This document shows positions 19,555 to 29,994 of a DNA stretch of 64,000 bases, piece by piece (position 1 is the first letter of the stretch; each line of letters begins with the position of its first letter). The position numbers were made by a program, and so were the translations under genes. The stretch lies in IMG/VR virus record IMGVR_UViG_3300046058_000006; one strand, written 5' to 3'. The notes below the pieces were generated by a model, which saw nothing but the letters and a program-made list of their open reading frames with translations, was not told the DNA's origin and made no database searches. Source of the DNA: an uncultured virus (IMG/VR IMGVR_UViG_3300046058_000006). Its lineage: Duplodnaviria > Heunggongvirae > Uroviricota > Caudoviricetes.

Positions 19555-22500
19555 TTAGTAATTATCCATATAGCTATCAAATTCATCGGCGAAGCCTTTA
19601 GCGGCTTCCCGGCCGGCTTCCCTGCTGTCAGCGTTGATAGTGGGGTTCATGTTATATTCTACCACGTTGACTGTGCCGCCGCCAGCGGCCGCTGAAGCCG
19701 CCGCGCCAGGTGCTTTGTCAGCCATGCGCGCCAGCTTATCCATTTCGTTCGCGGTCGTTTTCTTCGCGTCGCGCATGGTCTTTTCGATCGGGCTTTCCAT
19801 ATCCCACTTGGCCAAGTAGTCGTTAACTTCCGTTATGGTATCAGGAATGATCGAATTGCCGACTACCGTATCTTGGAAGCTTTCGAAGGGCTTTTTCGCC
19901 GCGTCAACCGCTCCCTGTACCTTGGACTTCAAATCTTCTTTCAGGCCATTCAGCGCGTTCACCGCTTTCTTTTTCAGCTTTTTCATCTGTTCCTTGGCCT
20001 GTTTTTTGAGCTTCTTGAACTTACGAACAACCAAGTTACGGGTTTCATCGGCAATTTTCTTCAGCCGCCGCTTGATCGAATCGTATATCTTGATTAGCCG
20101 CTCTTTCATGGTTTTCATGGCCTTAGCAACCAGTTCCCGCAGTTTGCTAAACGCCTGGCTAACCCTATCTTTTGCCGCTTGCGCCGCCGTAATTATCTGT
20201 TCCTTAGCGGTCTGAATCGCCGTGACAGCTTTTTCTTTCGCCGTCTGTGCGGCTGTAACGACGTTATCCTTCAGCGTTTGGAAGGCCGTGCTTACTTTGT
20301 CCTTGGCGTTTTGTGCCGCCGTCAGCACTTTGTCTTTTGCCGTCTGATAGGCTGTAATAGCCTTGTCCTTGGCGGTTTGTGCCGCAGTAGTTACCAGGTC
20401 CTTCAGCTCTTGGAAGCGGCTTGAAACTTGGTCTTTGATCGTTTGTGCCGCGTTCTGTAGCTTCGACCGGATGTTTTCGAACGCGGTAATTGCCTTTTGC
20501 TTCAGCGTATCGAACGCGGTAAGTACCAGTTCCTTCGTCCGCGTAGCCGCGTCGGACACGCGCTGTTTAAGCGTGTTAAATGCGGACACGGCGCGCTGTC
20601 GGGCGTTATCAATCGCCGTGCGAATCAGCGACTTCAACTGCTGAAACGCCTGGCTAACGCGCGCTTTAATCCGCGTCGCCGCGTTCGTAAGTTTCTGTTT
20701 TATGCTGTTGAACGTCGTAATTAGACGCCCCTTCAGCCGATCGAACGCTTTTTGCACAAGCGCCTTCGTGCGCGTCGCCGCGTTAGACACTTTTTGCTTC
20801 AGCGCGTTAAACGCCGTAACAGCCCGCGACCGCGCGTTATCAATCGCGGTCTGAATCAGCGATTTCAGCTTTTGGAAGGCCTGGCTAACGCGGGCCTTGA
20901 TTCGGGTCGCCGCGTTCTGTAATTTTTGCTTGATCGCGTTGAACGCTGTGATAACGCGACCCTTCAGCGTATTGAACGCCTTGATAACGCGGGCCTTCAG
21001 CCGCGTCGCCGCGTTTGACACCTTTTGTTTAATGATGTTAAAGGCCCTAATAGCGGCGCGTTTTGCCTTATCTATCGCGCCCTTAATTGCCGAAACCAGC
21101 TTTCCACCCCACTTCTTTATGAATTGGACGATAGCGTTGAATATATCCTTAACTATCGAACCAAAGATTAGTTCTTTGCCCCACTGGATGAACTTTTTGA
21201 CCGCTTTCGAAAGCGCGTCAGCGATAAAGCGAACTAACTTTCCGCCCCACTTAGACACGAAACTAACTATGCCGTTAAGAATCCGCTTCCCAAGATCGAT
21301 CATGCGGTTTAGGCCGCGTTCCCAATTTCCGTTCATAAGATCGATCGCGGTCTTAACAATCGTCGCCAGCGTGTCAAACGCCGCGCCAAGAACGGACAGC
21401 AGGGTATCAGACACGAACGCCGAAACCGCACGGACCTTATCTTGATGCCGCTGTAAGAACTTGGCGATCTCATTGACCACTGTTAGCACGACATTCGCCA
21501 GCGTGCGGAACGACGCACTAACCGCCGTGACAAGCGCCGCGACTACGATCACTATATCCTTCTTGTTATTTTCCCAAAACGTAGACAGCCGGGACAAGAA
21601 GGGCTGAATCACGGCTATAACCGTACTTTTCAGCGCCTTAAACGTGTTAACTATCGTCGTCTTAGCCAGTTCGATCGTAGACGCCCACTTTTTGCCTTCA
21701 GTTTGCCAGGCCAAATTAACCGCTTGGCCGATAGCATTTACCGCCTGTTTGAAACTTTGCTTGGCGCTTTCGAAAGTCTGTTTTATTCCGTCGATTATCT
21801 GCTGTGTGGTCGGAACCAGGGGCTTTAGCTTGTTATTCCAAAACTGGTTTATCCCGTTTAGGGTCTGTCGGACGACGTTTTTAATTTCGCCCATATCGCC
21901 GTTGAACAGCGACTTTATAGCCGACAGAACGGTTTGCGTTTTGCCCTGGATGTTACCCAAGTTCTTTTGCCAAGCGATCCACAGGCCAGCGATCGCCGCG
22001 ACTGCTAACCCGATCGGGTTAGTTAACAGGCCGATCGCCGAACCAAGCGACCCGAACCGCGTGATTAGCGGGCCGATTCGTGCAAGAAGCGACCCGATAG
22101 ACCCGGTTAGGCGCTTTCCGATGAACGTCGCCAGGCGTTGCATCGGCCCGATTATCCGCGACGCGGCCGAACGCACGCGCGTCAATTGGGGAACGAACGC
22201 CGCCGCCATGTTCTTAGCCGTCCGCAAGCCGACTAACAGGACGTTCTTGAACACACCGCCTGCTGTACGGGCCTTCCCGACAAGTCCGCCCACGAAGCCA
22301 GTGACCCGGCTTACAACGCTACCAAGCTTGGACGACGCGGACTGTGCCGCTTTCGTTTTCCCGGCCCACGAACCCAAGCTTTTCGTGCCGGACTTCAGCG
22401 ACCCGACAAACCGACCGCCGAACACGGGAACCAGGGTCGAAGCGACGAACGACCCGATGCTTTTCGCGGCCGGCAGTGCGCCGCCAGTAATGCCGGTCGC

Positions 22501-24618
22501 CAGGCTACTAAGCGCGCCGGTCACTGTTCCGGTTTTCACCGCCCACGTCGCCAGGACAGCGCCAAGCGCGCCGACTGCGGCCTTGTACGGTGTGATCGAC
22601 GTGCTAACTTGGTCGATCGCCGCGCTTACGTCGGTGCCATGTGTGCGCCAAAGCTGTGTCGCGCTTTGTAAGATGTTTGTGACTGTCGTTAAAACAGTCG
22701 AAACCGCGTTACGAATCGTAGATACGACCGTCTGATAGGGCTGTTTTACGGCCTGTTTCGTATCGACGCCGTGTTTATTCCACGCGCTTGTCAGCGCGTT
22801 CAAGGCGTTCGTAACCGGCGGTCGGATCGCCTGGATAGTGCTAAGAACAGTCGCTTTTACGCTGTTGTACGCGCCGCGCGCGCTTCCGATCAACGCTTGG
22901 CCGTGTGCGTCCCAAGCCTGCGTGATACCTGTTAACGCGGCCGAAACGATAGCGCCAAGTCCGCCGACTACCGTTTTGATTATCTTCGTAACGGTCGAAA
23001 ACGTGTTACGAACGGTTTGAATTATTTGATCGCCATTCGCACGCCAGTAGTCAGCGAACGCAGTCAAATACTGGCGCGCCGTCTGAAACGCCCCTTTTAT
23101 CCGCGACCCGATAGCGGTCTGTAGCGTCTGTACCAAGCTGGCCGTCCGCTGTTCGACGCCGGACGACATACCGCCAAAGGCAGAACGGAAGTCAGACAGT
23201 ACCATAGACGCGACTGAAAACGCCTGTTGCATGGTCGCGGTGAACTGGCTTTCTATGATGCTAACAAGCCCCATGGTCGCCGTGCGTATGCCGGCGAAAT
23301 TGCTATTCCACGCCGCGCCAAGGCCAGCGACCGCCGCCGCGACAGCCGTTACAGGCGCGGCCAGTGCCGCGACAGCGCTACCGAAGGCAACGACGCCCGT
23401 CGCTACCATCGTACCCGAAAGCGCTGTTACAGCCGCCGTCAGCCCGGCTATCGCGCCGGTCACAAGTATCACCGCGCCCGGCACGCCATTCATGGCCGAA
23501 TTGAAATTGGCGAAGGCGTCAATGCCGGCCTTAACCGCGCCAAGCACGCCTTTGACCGCCGGCAGAAAGACCGACCCGGTTTGCTGTCCGACCGTTGTGA
23601 TCGTATTCTTCAATAGCTGAAGCTGTGCTTTCGCCGTGTCAGCCTGGATCGCAAATTCCCGCTGTAGGCTTGTGCCTTCTTCGAACGACGAATTTGCGGT
23701 TTTCATGGCGCTGTTTACGCCGTCTAAGTTTTGGCCAAGTTTCGATAAGGTCTGTCGGCTGTAGGTAGAAAACACCTTCCGCAGATTGTTACCCTTTTCA
23801 GTATTGTTAGCCATTTCCTTGGCCATTAATTTGAACAGCCCGGTCGGGTCGTTCTTCCGCATACTTTTAAATTCGCTAACGTTCATGCCAAGCGCGTTAG
23901 CAAATTTTTCGACCTTCTTGGGGTTCTGAAGTTCTTGGGACACGCGCCGCAGGCCACTACCCGCGCGCCGCGCTGAATTAGACACTTCATTCATAGCGCC
24001 GGACAGTCCGACAATTTCCGTTGTAGAAAGCCCAAGCTGTGTTAACGAACTGCTGGCCTTTAGCATCGTCTGTGTGATTTCAGACGACGAAGCGGCGGCA
24101 TTGTTAGAAAGTTCGTTGATAGACGACCCAAGGTTTTCCATCTTGGGGATAGGCGTTTCTGTAAGTGTGGCCAGTTTTGCGAATGATTTTCCAGCTTTTT
24201 GTGCAGAAAGATCGGTAGCAGTGGCCATTTTTCCAACTACACGGGTAAAGTTTTCGATATTGTCCGCGCCTTCTATTCCGAAACGCCCTGCCTGTTCTGT
24301 CAAACTGGCCAATTCAGCAGTAGTAAGCGGAATTTCTTGTGCCATTTGCTGAATTTGGCCAGTAAGTTTAGAAGCGGTCGCTTCTGAAGTTACTTTTTGG
24401 ACTTCCGCCATTTTTGCTTCGAAATCTGCGGCCGCCTGTGTCGCCTTGGCTATACCGCCGGCAGAAACAGCCGCCATAGCGCCGCCTAAACCGACTGTAG
24501 CGGCCTTAAAACTTTTCGAAGCGCTGGCCGCTTGTGCAAATTCCGAAGCCACAGCTTCGCCGCCGGACGCTGTAAGGCGCGTTTCTATGGTATTTGCACC
24601 GCCGGAACCGCCGAACAT
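19555..24618 (-). CDS. Tail tape measure protein
   Basis: 1687 aa; TP901-type core (AADFEAKMAEVQKV..), hydrophobic segments, 11-residue helical repeats; follows the chaperones. Confidence 0.95.
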   Translation of the reverse strand: MFGGSGGANTIETRLTASGGEAVASEFAQAASASKSFKAATVGLGGAMAAVSAGGIAKATQAAADFEAKMAEVQKVTSEATASKLTGQIQQMAQEIPLTTAELASLTEQAGRFGIEGADNIENFTRVVGKMATATDLSAQKAGKSFAKLATLTETPIPKMENLGSSINELSNNAAASSSEITQTMLKASSSLTQLGLSTTEIVGLSGAMNEVSNSARRAGSGLRRVSQELQNPKKVEKFANALGMNVSEFKSMRKNDPTGLFKLMAKEMANNTEKGNNLRKVFSTYSRQTLSKLGQNLDGVNSAMKTANSSFEEGTSLQREFAIQADTAKAQLQLLKNTITTVGQQTGSVFLPAVKGVLGAVKAGIDAFANFNSAMNGVPGAVILVTGAIAGLTAAVTALSGTMVATGVVAFGSAVAALAAPVTAVAAAVAGLGAAWNSNFAGIRTATMGLVSIIESQFTATMQQAFSVASMVLSDFRSAFGGMSSGVEQRTASLVQTLQTAIGSRIKGAFQTARQYLTAFADYWRANGDQIIQTVRNTFSTVTKIIKTVVGGLGAIVSAALTGITQAWDAHGQALIGSARGAYNSVKATVLSTIQAIRPPVTNALNALTSAWNKHGVDTKQAVKQPYQTVVSTIRNAVSTVLTTVTNILQSATQLWRTHGTDVSAAIDQVSTSITPYKAAVGALGAVLATWAVKTGTVTGALSSLATGITGGALPAAKSIGSFVASTLVPVFGGRFVGSLKSGTKSLGSWAGKTKAAQSASSKLGSVVSRVTGFVGGLVGKARTAGGVFKNVLLVGLRTAKNMAAAFVPQLTRVRSAASRIIGPMQRLATFIGKRLTGSIGSLLARIGPLITRFGSLGSAIGLLTNPIGLAVAAIAGLWIAWQKNLGNIQGKTQTVLSAIKSLFNGDMGEIKNVVRQTLNGINQFWNNKLKPLVPTTQQIIDGIKQTFESAKQSFKQAVNAIGQAVNLAWQTEGKKWASTIELAKTTIVNTFKALKSTVIAVIQPFLSRLSTFWENNKKDIVIVVAALVTAVSASFRTLANVVLTVVNEIAKFLQRHQDKVRAVSAFVSDTLLSVLGAAFDTLATIVKTAIDLMNGNWERGLNRMIDLGKRILNGIVSFVSKWGGKLVRFIADALSKAVKKFIQWGKELIFGSIVKDIFNAIVQFIKKWGGKLVSAIKGAIDKAKRAAIRAFNIIKQKVSNAATRLKARVIKAFNTLKGRVITAFNAIKQKLQNAATRIKARVSQAFQKLKSLIQTAIDNARSRAVTAFNALKQKVSNAATRTKALVQKAFDRLKGRLITTFNSIKQKLTNAATRIKARVSQAFQQLKSLIRTAIDNARQRAVSAFNTLKQRVSDAATRTKELVLTAFDTLKQKAITAFENIRSKLQNAAQTIKDQVSSRFQELKDLVTTAAQTAKDKAITAYQTAKDKVLTAAQNAKDKVSTAFQTLKDNVVTAAQTAKEKAVTAIQTAKEQIITAAQAAKDRVSQAFSKLRELVAKAMKTMKERLIKIYDSIKRRLKKIADETRNLVVRKFKKLKKQAKEQMKKLKKKAVNALNGLKEDLKSKVQGAVDAAKKPFESFQDTVVGNSIIPDTITEVNDYLAKWDMESPIEKTMRDAKKTTANEMDKLARMADKAPGAAASAAAGGGTVNVVEYNMNPTINADSREAGREAAKGFADEFDSYMDNY

Positions 24619-24848
24619 AAGAAGCTATGACTAACTGGCTATCCGGCGCAAATAAAAAGTCGGACAAGCGCGCGGCGCTGTAGACAGTTACGCAAACTGA
24701 TAAGCGCGACAAGCGCGCGTCTTTCAGGCCGGCCAAGGCAGTGTCGGAAAAGTGATATAGGGTTTCGAAGCGGCCCCGAATTGACCGCGAAAACTGGCGG
24801 TCGCTACAACCCCCCGGTTTGAAATCGGCCGGTAGAAGCGATTTCTGT

Positions 24849-24883
24849 CCTAAAAAACATTTCAGTCCCTTCTACAATAGGGG
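24849..24883 (-). repeat. Dispersed element copy 2 (inverted), invariant 35-bp core
   Basis: Exact reverse complement of the core; flanking similarity extends about 24660-24900. Confidence 0.95.
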
Positions 24884-25016
24884 AAGGTTTCAGCCGCCGC
24901 TGTCAGCGGGACTTGTAACAGTCACACTGGCGATAACAATTTCCGCGCTAATTTTAATAGTGCGTATCAGTATTCAAACACGCCAGGTTTATACAAGCGC
25001 CGCGCTATGCTAACGC

Positions 25017-25337
25017 ATGGCCGAAGCCGAAGGCAACTTACGACCGACGCCGAATGGCACGCACGAAGAAGCGCCGTCAGACCTTCCGCCGCTAATGTGG
25101 GATATGTATTATGGCCCCGGAAGTCAGCCTGATAACCCGCACTTGTATAGCGATTACGAACGGGCCGAACGGGGCGTTTACGTTTTCCGGCTGTACGAAT
25201 ACGAACAGAAACGGCCTGCGTTCCGGCTTGAAATCCTACATAGCGGGGAACAGGTCTTACAGGAAAAATACAACGACATAGACGCCGCAAAAGACCGCGC
25301 CGAAAAATTCGTCGCTGATAACTGCGTGTGGCTATGA
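25017..25337 (+). CDS. Hypothetical protein, paralog family C
   Basis: GTHEEAP...PLMW...YE.A...AKDRAEKFVA matches 25864-26163. Confidence 0.8.
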   Translation: MAEAEGNLRPTPNGTHEEAPSDLPPLMWDMYYGPGSQPDNPHLYSDYERAERGVYVFRLYEYEQKRPAFRLEILHSGEQVLQEKYNDIDAAKDRAEKFVADNCVWL

Positions 25338-25564
25338 CTGATTTTAATTGGGAAGCATACGAAGCCTACAGTGCCGCCGGTCGGTTCTTCCCCGAACGCT
25401 GGCGATCGCATACTGGCGGATGGATATTCAAGATCAAAAAGCGCCGCCGCGATTCTAAGTTTCAGCTAATGGTTCGCAAACAGGGACACACCTACTTTGT
25501 GCATCGTTCGTCGTGGAATGACCTGGATACCGCGAAAGACAAGGCGCGCGCCTTAATTGTATAG
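25334..25564 (+). CDS. Hypothetical protein, paralog family C
   Basis: WIFKIKKRRRDS..L.VR..AKDKA; ATGA overlap. Confidence 0.75.
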   Translation: MTDFNWEAYEAYSAAGRFFPERWRSHTGGWIFKIKKRRRDSKFQLMVRKQGHTYFVHRSSWNDLDTAKDKARALIV

Positions 25565-25618
25565 CTGTCGGCTTGAAACAACGGGTTTATACGTGTGCGG
25601 CTGTTCTGCCTAATTGCA

Positions 25619-25864
25619 ATGGTCGAAAAAACCGCGCCGGTGATCGCACAGGCATACGCCGAACACATTTCGGGCAATGGCGTCAGAGCCAAGACGTTCC
25701 CGAACGGAACGATAGAAGTTCAATTCGACAACCTTAGCACGAATGAAATCGAATTTGGTAGCGTGAACGACAAAGGCTGGCACGCTACCGCTGTCAATTT
25801 CGAAGAAAACTACGTCGTGCTAAAGTGCTACAACCGTCGGCCCTACATGGAAGGCGAATACTAA
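25619..25864 (+). CDS. Hypothetical protein
   Basis: Class promoter 33 nt upstream of ATG 25619. Confidence 0.75.
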   Translation: MVEKTAPVIAQAYAEHISGNGVRAKTFPNGTIEVQFDNLSTNEIEFGSVNDKGWHATAVNFEENYVVLKCYNRRPYMEGEY

Positions 25865-26163
25865 TGCACGAAAACCCGCGCCCTTCCATGGACGGAACGC
25901 ACGAAGATACGCCGGCAGGTGTAAAGCCGCTTACCTGGCGGTCGCGCGAAGCTTGGGACGGGGGAGCTTTTTACCCGCGATACGAAGCCGCCGACCGCGA
26001 ATGGGCGGTCTTTACGATCAAAGAACGGAAGAAAGATAGCCAGGTCGTCTTAGCCGTGCGCGAAAACGGCTTTCGCCTGGTTCACAAGTCGGTACATGAA
26101 GGCGCGCGCTACGCACAGCAACGCGCTGAAAGGTTCGTTGCCGAAAACGAACTGTTCGGTTAG
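25864..26163 (+). CDS. Hypothetical protein, paralog family C
   Basis: TAATG overlap; family C motifs. Confidence 0.8.
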   Translation: MHENPRPSMDGTHEDTPAGVKPLTWRSREAWDGGAFYPRYEAADREWAVFTIKERKKDSQVVLAVRENGFRLVHKSVHEGARYAQQRAERFVAENELFG

Positions 26164-26780
26164 TGACCGTCCGGCAGGTTCCGCGCGCCGCTTATTTTGT
26201 CGCTGAAGCGTCCGTCCGAACTATTGCCGCCGCTTTCCCTGCGTTCTTCGGCCTGTTCATGCCCCTGGTAGATCGCCTGGATTTCGCCCATGGTTAGGCT
26301 GTATACATCGGTCGGGTTCGTGTGGTATTCGCCGACATACTGAAACAAGAAGTCGGCCAAATCTTCGTCTACGTCTTTGCGCCTACCGCCGTCGTTGTGC
26401 TGTGCAAACATCGAATCGTCGCGCACTACGTCGCTGTAGTCGTCGTCTGATTTATCAAGCCGGTTGCTTTCTTGATCCGACCGCTGTAGCAGGTCGCTTG
26501 CGAGCAAAATACCGTATTCAAGCGCGGGCGGAACGGATGGGTGCATACCGGCGACCTGGCCGGGCGTACACGGCGCTATACAGGCCGAAAACAAGTCGGC
26601 AAACATCCCGATCGTTCTTGGCCTGTTTTCGTAGAATTGGACGATATTGCCGTATTCAAGCGGGGCCATGGCTACGCAGTAACCGCTTGGGTATTCTACT
26701 GGCCGTTTGATCACTTTCCCGTTCGGCGCGTGCGCGGCCTGGCCGTGTACTTCTATCTGCCGGTAATCGACGCCTTTCAG
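26160..26780 (-). CDS. Tail assembly chaperone, -1 frameshifted extension (lambda gpGT-like)
   Basis: Frame is open from the slippery site (LKGVDYRQIE...) through the 26160-26714 ORF; PTDVYSLTMGE motif typical of GT C-termini. Confidence 0.8.
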   Translation of the reverse strand: MKGVDYRQIEVHGQAAHAPNGKVIKRPVEYPSGYCVAMAPLEYGNIVQFYENRPRTIGMFADLFSACIAPCTPGQVAGMHPSVPPALEYGILLASDLLQRSDQESNRLDKSDDDYSDVVRDDSMFAQHNDGGRRKDVDEDLADFLFQYVGEYHTNPTDVYSLTMGEIQAIYQGHEQAEERRESGGNSSDGRFSDKISGARNLPDGH

Positions 26781-27190
26781 TTTCCCCCCGCGTCGTCCGC
26801 TTCCGCGACCGAAACCGATCCGTCAGCGTTCGACGTAACATCGACGCCTTCGCCCATTAGACTTTCAAGCAACCGCGCGGGCAACAGCGGTTGCATCGAT
26901 CTAACACCGTCGCCGTCCAAGCCCGAAAAGTCGGGCGAAATGAAGCGGTCGCGGAAAATTTCAGCCATTTGGTCGGGCGTAATTTCCGCTTCGCCGTCGT
27001 CCGCGTTTCGCTGTCGCGCCGCGTTTTTCTTGCGGTAGTGATCGATGTACCCAAAGTCGATTAGTTCCGCGACGGCCTTACCCATGCCTTCAACCGCGAC
27101 TTCTTGCGGCCCCTGTTCCTGTTGGGTATCTTCGAACGAAAAATCAGCTTCCAAGTTGTCTACTTCAGCCGGAACGTCAGAATCAGGCAT
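26777..27190 (-). CDS. Tail assembly chaperone (lambda gpG-like)
   Basis: Lies between tail tube and tape measure; ends GGN-stop over a slippery site. Confidence 0.85.
   Translation of the reverse strand: MPDSDVPAEVDNLEADFSFEDTQQEQGPQEVAVEGMGKAVAELIDFGYIDHYRKKNAARQRNADDGEAEITPDQMAEIFRDRFISPDFSGLDGDGVRSMQPLLPARLLESLMGEGVDVTSNADGSVSVAEADDAGGN
26780..26786 (-). other. Programmed -1 ribosomal frameshift heptamer GGGAAAC
   Basis: GCG GGG GGA AAC TGA; the -1 frame joins the downstream ORF. Confidence 0.85.
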
Positions 27191-27287
27191 ACGCTATCAA
27201 AAAGCCGGGCGCATTTAAACGTTAGATCGGCGCGTCAGACTACAAAGCGCCAGGTTTATACAGCCGCCGCTGTTCGGGGTAATTGCA

Positions 27288-27422
27288 ATGCGAAAACTTT
27301 GCAAAAGGCCGTTTTGCCCGAACCAGAACCGCGCGAACAGACACGGGGTTTCGCCCATGCGCGCTCCGTTCTGTTCGGAAAACTGTTTTCAGATTTGGCG
27401 CGAAGAAAACTTAGAAGATTAG
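27288..27422 (+). CDS. 44-aa Cys-rich microprotein (C-x4-C...FCSxxC)
   Basis: MRKLCKRPFCPNQNRANRHGVSPMRAPFCSENCFQIWREENLED; class promoter exactly 33 nt upstream; below the ORF-track cutoff. Confidence 0.7.
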   Translation: MRKLCKRPFCPNQNRANRHGVSPMRAPFCSENCFQIWREENLED

Positions 27423-28828
27423 GGGCTTGGAAGCGTCGCGTCTAAGCCGGCTTCGCCGGACATAACGACGTATTCCATATCAAGCGCGTTTTCGCCGCCG
27501 GACCGCGACCGCGTGCTTTCTGACATAGGCGCTTCAGGCGCTTCAAGGCGAAGGCTACCTTCGCGGTCGAATAGAACCGCCGTATCGATGTTTTCCTGTG
27601 CGGCGGTCTGTTTCATGCCCCTGTGGGACAGCGTTTCGCCGTCGGCTTCCATGGTAATTTCCCCTGCCCGCATACCAGGAATGGCGCGCTGTTCCCGGCT
27701 TTGGTTAGTCGGCTGTTGCTCCGAATCGTTTTCGATCGAAACTTCTATGTTGGTAACAGCGCCAGCGGCTTCGAACGCCCTGCCGTAAGGTCGTTCGACC
27801 AAGGCGTTCCCGACCGCAAAGTAGTCCGTGCCGGTGATCGTACCGCCGATTTCCGTGCCGTGACTACCGGACTGGCCAAGCGCGGGAACGCCATAGTCGC
27901 CGTGTGTGTTGTTATAGAAGCTGTATCCGTACAGAACCGCAAGAAGCTGGCCTTCGCTGTACGTGTCTACATTTCCGTCGCCGTCCGTATCTTCAGCAGT
28001 TGCTTCGTAGACAAGAATATCGCCCATGTGATCGGCGACTTCATCGTTGCTGTTGACGCGGACTTCAACCGATTCGATGCTTTCGAATTGGGACGTAGTA
28101 CCTACGATCGCACTGGCGTCGTCCGCGTCCAAAGTGACCGTTTCGGTAGTATTCGCGTCGTTCGATTCGATTTCCACACGCAGTTCGGTATCTGCGTTAT
28201 TCGACGCGGCCATATCGCCGTGTTCGACCGCTTGGACCGCCAGGTACGTGTTCGAATCCGGCTGATCGATCTGGTAGGGCCGGCCCGTCTGACACATTAG
28301 CGTACTTTCGCATGACCAATAGACTTCTTCCGGGTCGCCGGTAAGGGTCGCTTCGTCTACAGTCGCGCCGCGTGCGACCGTATACAAGTGCGTGTGTCGC
28401 GGCTGTGCGTTTCCGTCGTTAAGGTAATCAAAGTGAACGGTACTTTCCGCTTTGTTAGGGAACCCGTCGCCGTCCTTGTAGGTCTTGGCGGTTTCGACCA
28501 AGGTCACACTGCCTGGCTGATGCCCGACTGCCGATCGGAATAGGCCATACGCGGACAGGTCGCTAAGTGTGCCGTCAGCGTTGTAGAACCAGCGCTGAAG
28601 GTCATACGTCAGCGTCAGCTCGTTTTCTTCCAAGCCGGCGGCATACGCATGATCGTGCTGGCCAAGGCCGTCCTTTTCGACCGAATCCGGCCCAAATTCG
28701 GGTTCAAATTCGGTGATCCGGTCCGAAACAAGCTGAAAGTCGGGGTTCGTGGGCGTAACGCCTTCCGTATCTTCTTCGACAAATTCGATACGCGAAGGTC
28801 GTAGGCCCCCTTCGATGTTAGCTGGCAT
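27419..28828 (-). CDS. Major tail tube protein
   Basis: EEDTEGVTP..P N-terminal tube motif; between terminator and chaperones; SD AAGGAG upstream. Confidence 0.8.
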   Translation of the reverse strand: MPANIEGGLRPSRIEFVEEDTEGVTPTNPDFQLVSDRITEFEPEFGPDSVEKDGLGQHDHAYAAGLEENELTLTYDLQRWFYNADGTLSDLSAYGLFRSAVGHQPGSVTLVETAKTYKDGDGFPNKAESTVHFDYLNDGNAQPRHTHLYTVARGATVDEATLTGDPEEVYWSCESTLMCQTGRPYQIDQPDSNTYLAVQAVEHGDMAASNNADTELRVEIESNDANTTETVTLDADDASAIVGTTSQFESIESVEVRVNSNDEVADHMGDILVYEATAEDTDGDGNVDTYSEGQLLAVLYGYSFYNNTHGDYGVPALGQSGSHGTEIGGTITGTDYFAVGNALVERPYGRAFEAAGAVTNIEVSIENDSEQQPTNQSREQRAIPGMRAGEITMEADGETLSHRGMKQTAAQENIDTAVLFDREGSLRLEAPEAPMSESTRSRSGGENALDMEYVVMSGEAGLDATLPSP

Positions 28829-28897
28829 TGATATGTTTGCTCCTTATCGAAGATAGATTAATCGCCGCGTTTAAACGCTGGCCTTCGTTCTAACCAG

Positions 28898-29565
28898 CTA
28901 ATTCTGCCGGCGAATCCCGTACCCAAGTTCGACAACCGCAAAGTAGTGCTGTGGGTCGGTAAGGTCCGGGTCGCGCTGTACGAACGGGAACGTCAGCGGT
29001 TCAAAGTCCATAGTCAGCGCTTCGTCCGGGTTATCCGGGTCGGGAACGCCGATCGAATTATCATGGGCGATTTCCCGAATGTGGGTTGCTATGGCTGAAG
29101 AAACCCTGCCGGCGTCGTAGTAGTCGCGTTCGGGCGTTCGGTCGCGCGTCGTATGCGCGCCGCCAAAGACCTGTGCATCCAGGCGATTCGTATAGTCGTA
29201 GACCAAGCCTTCAGGTCCAAGCCCGGAAGCGCCGCCGGCGCTTGAAGCGCCTGTAAGCGTGACAGTCGGGTAGTCACCGCCTTCTTCGCGCCCAAGGGTA
29301 ATCGATACGTCCGCTTGATCGCCCGCTTCTAAGCCTTCTACAGCGGCCGAATCCCACGAATTAATCAACAGCCGCCGNNNNNNNNNNNNNNNNNNNNNNN
29401 NNNNNNNNNNNNNNNNNNNNNNNNNNNNNNNNNNNNNNNNNNNNNNNNNNNNNNNNNNNNNNNNNNNNNNNNNNNNNCCGCTTCTAAGCCTTCTACAGCG
29501 GCCGAATCCCACGAATTAATCAACAGCCGCCGAATCGCCGATCTAATTTCGTAGTTCGTAGTCAT
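28898..29565 (-). CDS. Tail completion/terminator protein (split by assembly gap; about 170 aa)
   Basis: Removing the 100 N and one copy of a 55-bp duplication restores a 513-nt frame; synteny. Confidence 0.7.
29378..29477. other. Scaffold gap (100 N) with duplicated flanks
   Basis: 29323-29377 is identical to 29478-29532. Confidence 0.95.
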
Positions 29566-29568
29566 GGT

Positions 29569-29952
29569 TTAGCTTTCGTCCGTGTACCGCACGCAGTCAC
29601 ATTCAAGAATCCCGCTTTGCCGGTCAACGACCCGCAAAATTTCATAGCGATCGCCGCCTACTGGTTCGGGTCGGTCGTCTTGAATCACGTCGTCCGGCGC
29701 TGGATACACGTCAGCCGCGTTTAGTTCCGCGACACTTAGCCGGATCGTAAGGTCGCTTTCTACTGTATCGCCGTCCGGGTTAACGACCTGGCTTGGCTGA
29801 TTCGTGACTTCCACCCGCATACTAACCGCTGTTTTCGTCGTATCGTACTGCGGTCGCCCGCTTTCGGGGTGTGTGCCGGTCTGTTCTTTTCGAATCAGCA
29901 TACCAGGAAAGGCAAATTCGTCGTGGACTTCTTGAACCGCGTCAGTATCCAT
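29569..29952 (-). CDS. Head closure / head-tail joining protein
   Basis: Size, synteny, RYEILRV C-terminal motif. Confidence 0.65.
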   Translation of the reverse strand: MDTDAVQEVHDEFAFPGMLIRKEQTGTHPESGRPQYDTTKTAVSMRVEVTNQPSQVVNPDGDTVESDLTIRLSVAELNAADVYPAPDDVIQDDRPEPVGGDRYEILRVVDRQSGILECDCVRYTDES

Positions 29953-29994
29953 ACGTATCTTTCATGCGCGCGTCGCCCTAAAGCTTTTCCGACG

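Noticed and set aside
19634..24634. Long plus-strand ORFs such as 21644-22735 (363 aa)
   Set aside because: Antisense shadows of the tape measure gene, with no promoter or halophilic composition.
29323..29532. 55-bp direct repeat around a break in the tail-completion gene (possible insertion or pseudogene)
   Set aside because: It flanks exactly 100 N, and collapsing it restores one frame, so it is a scaffolding artefact.
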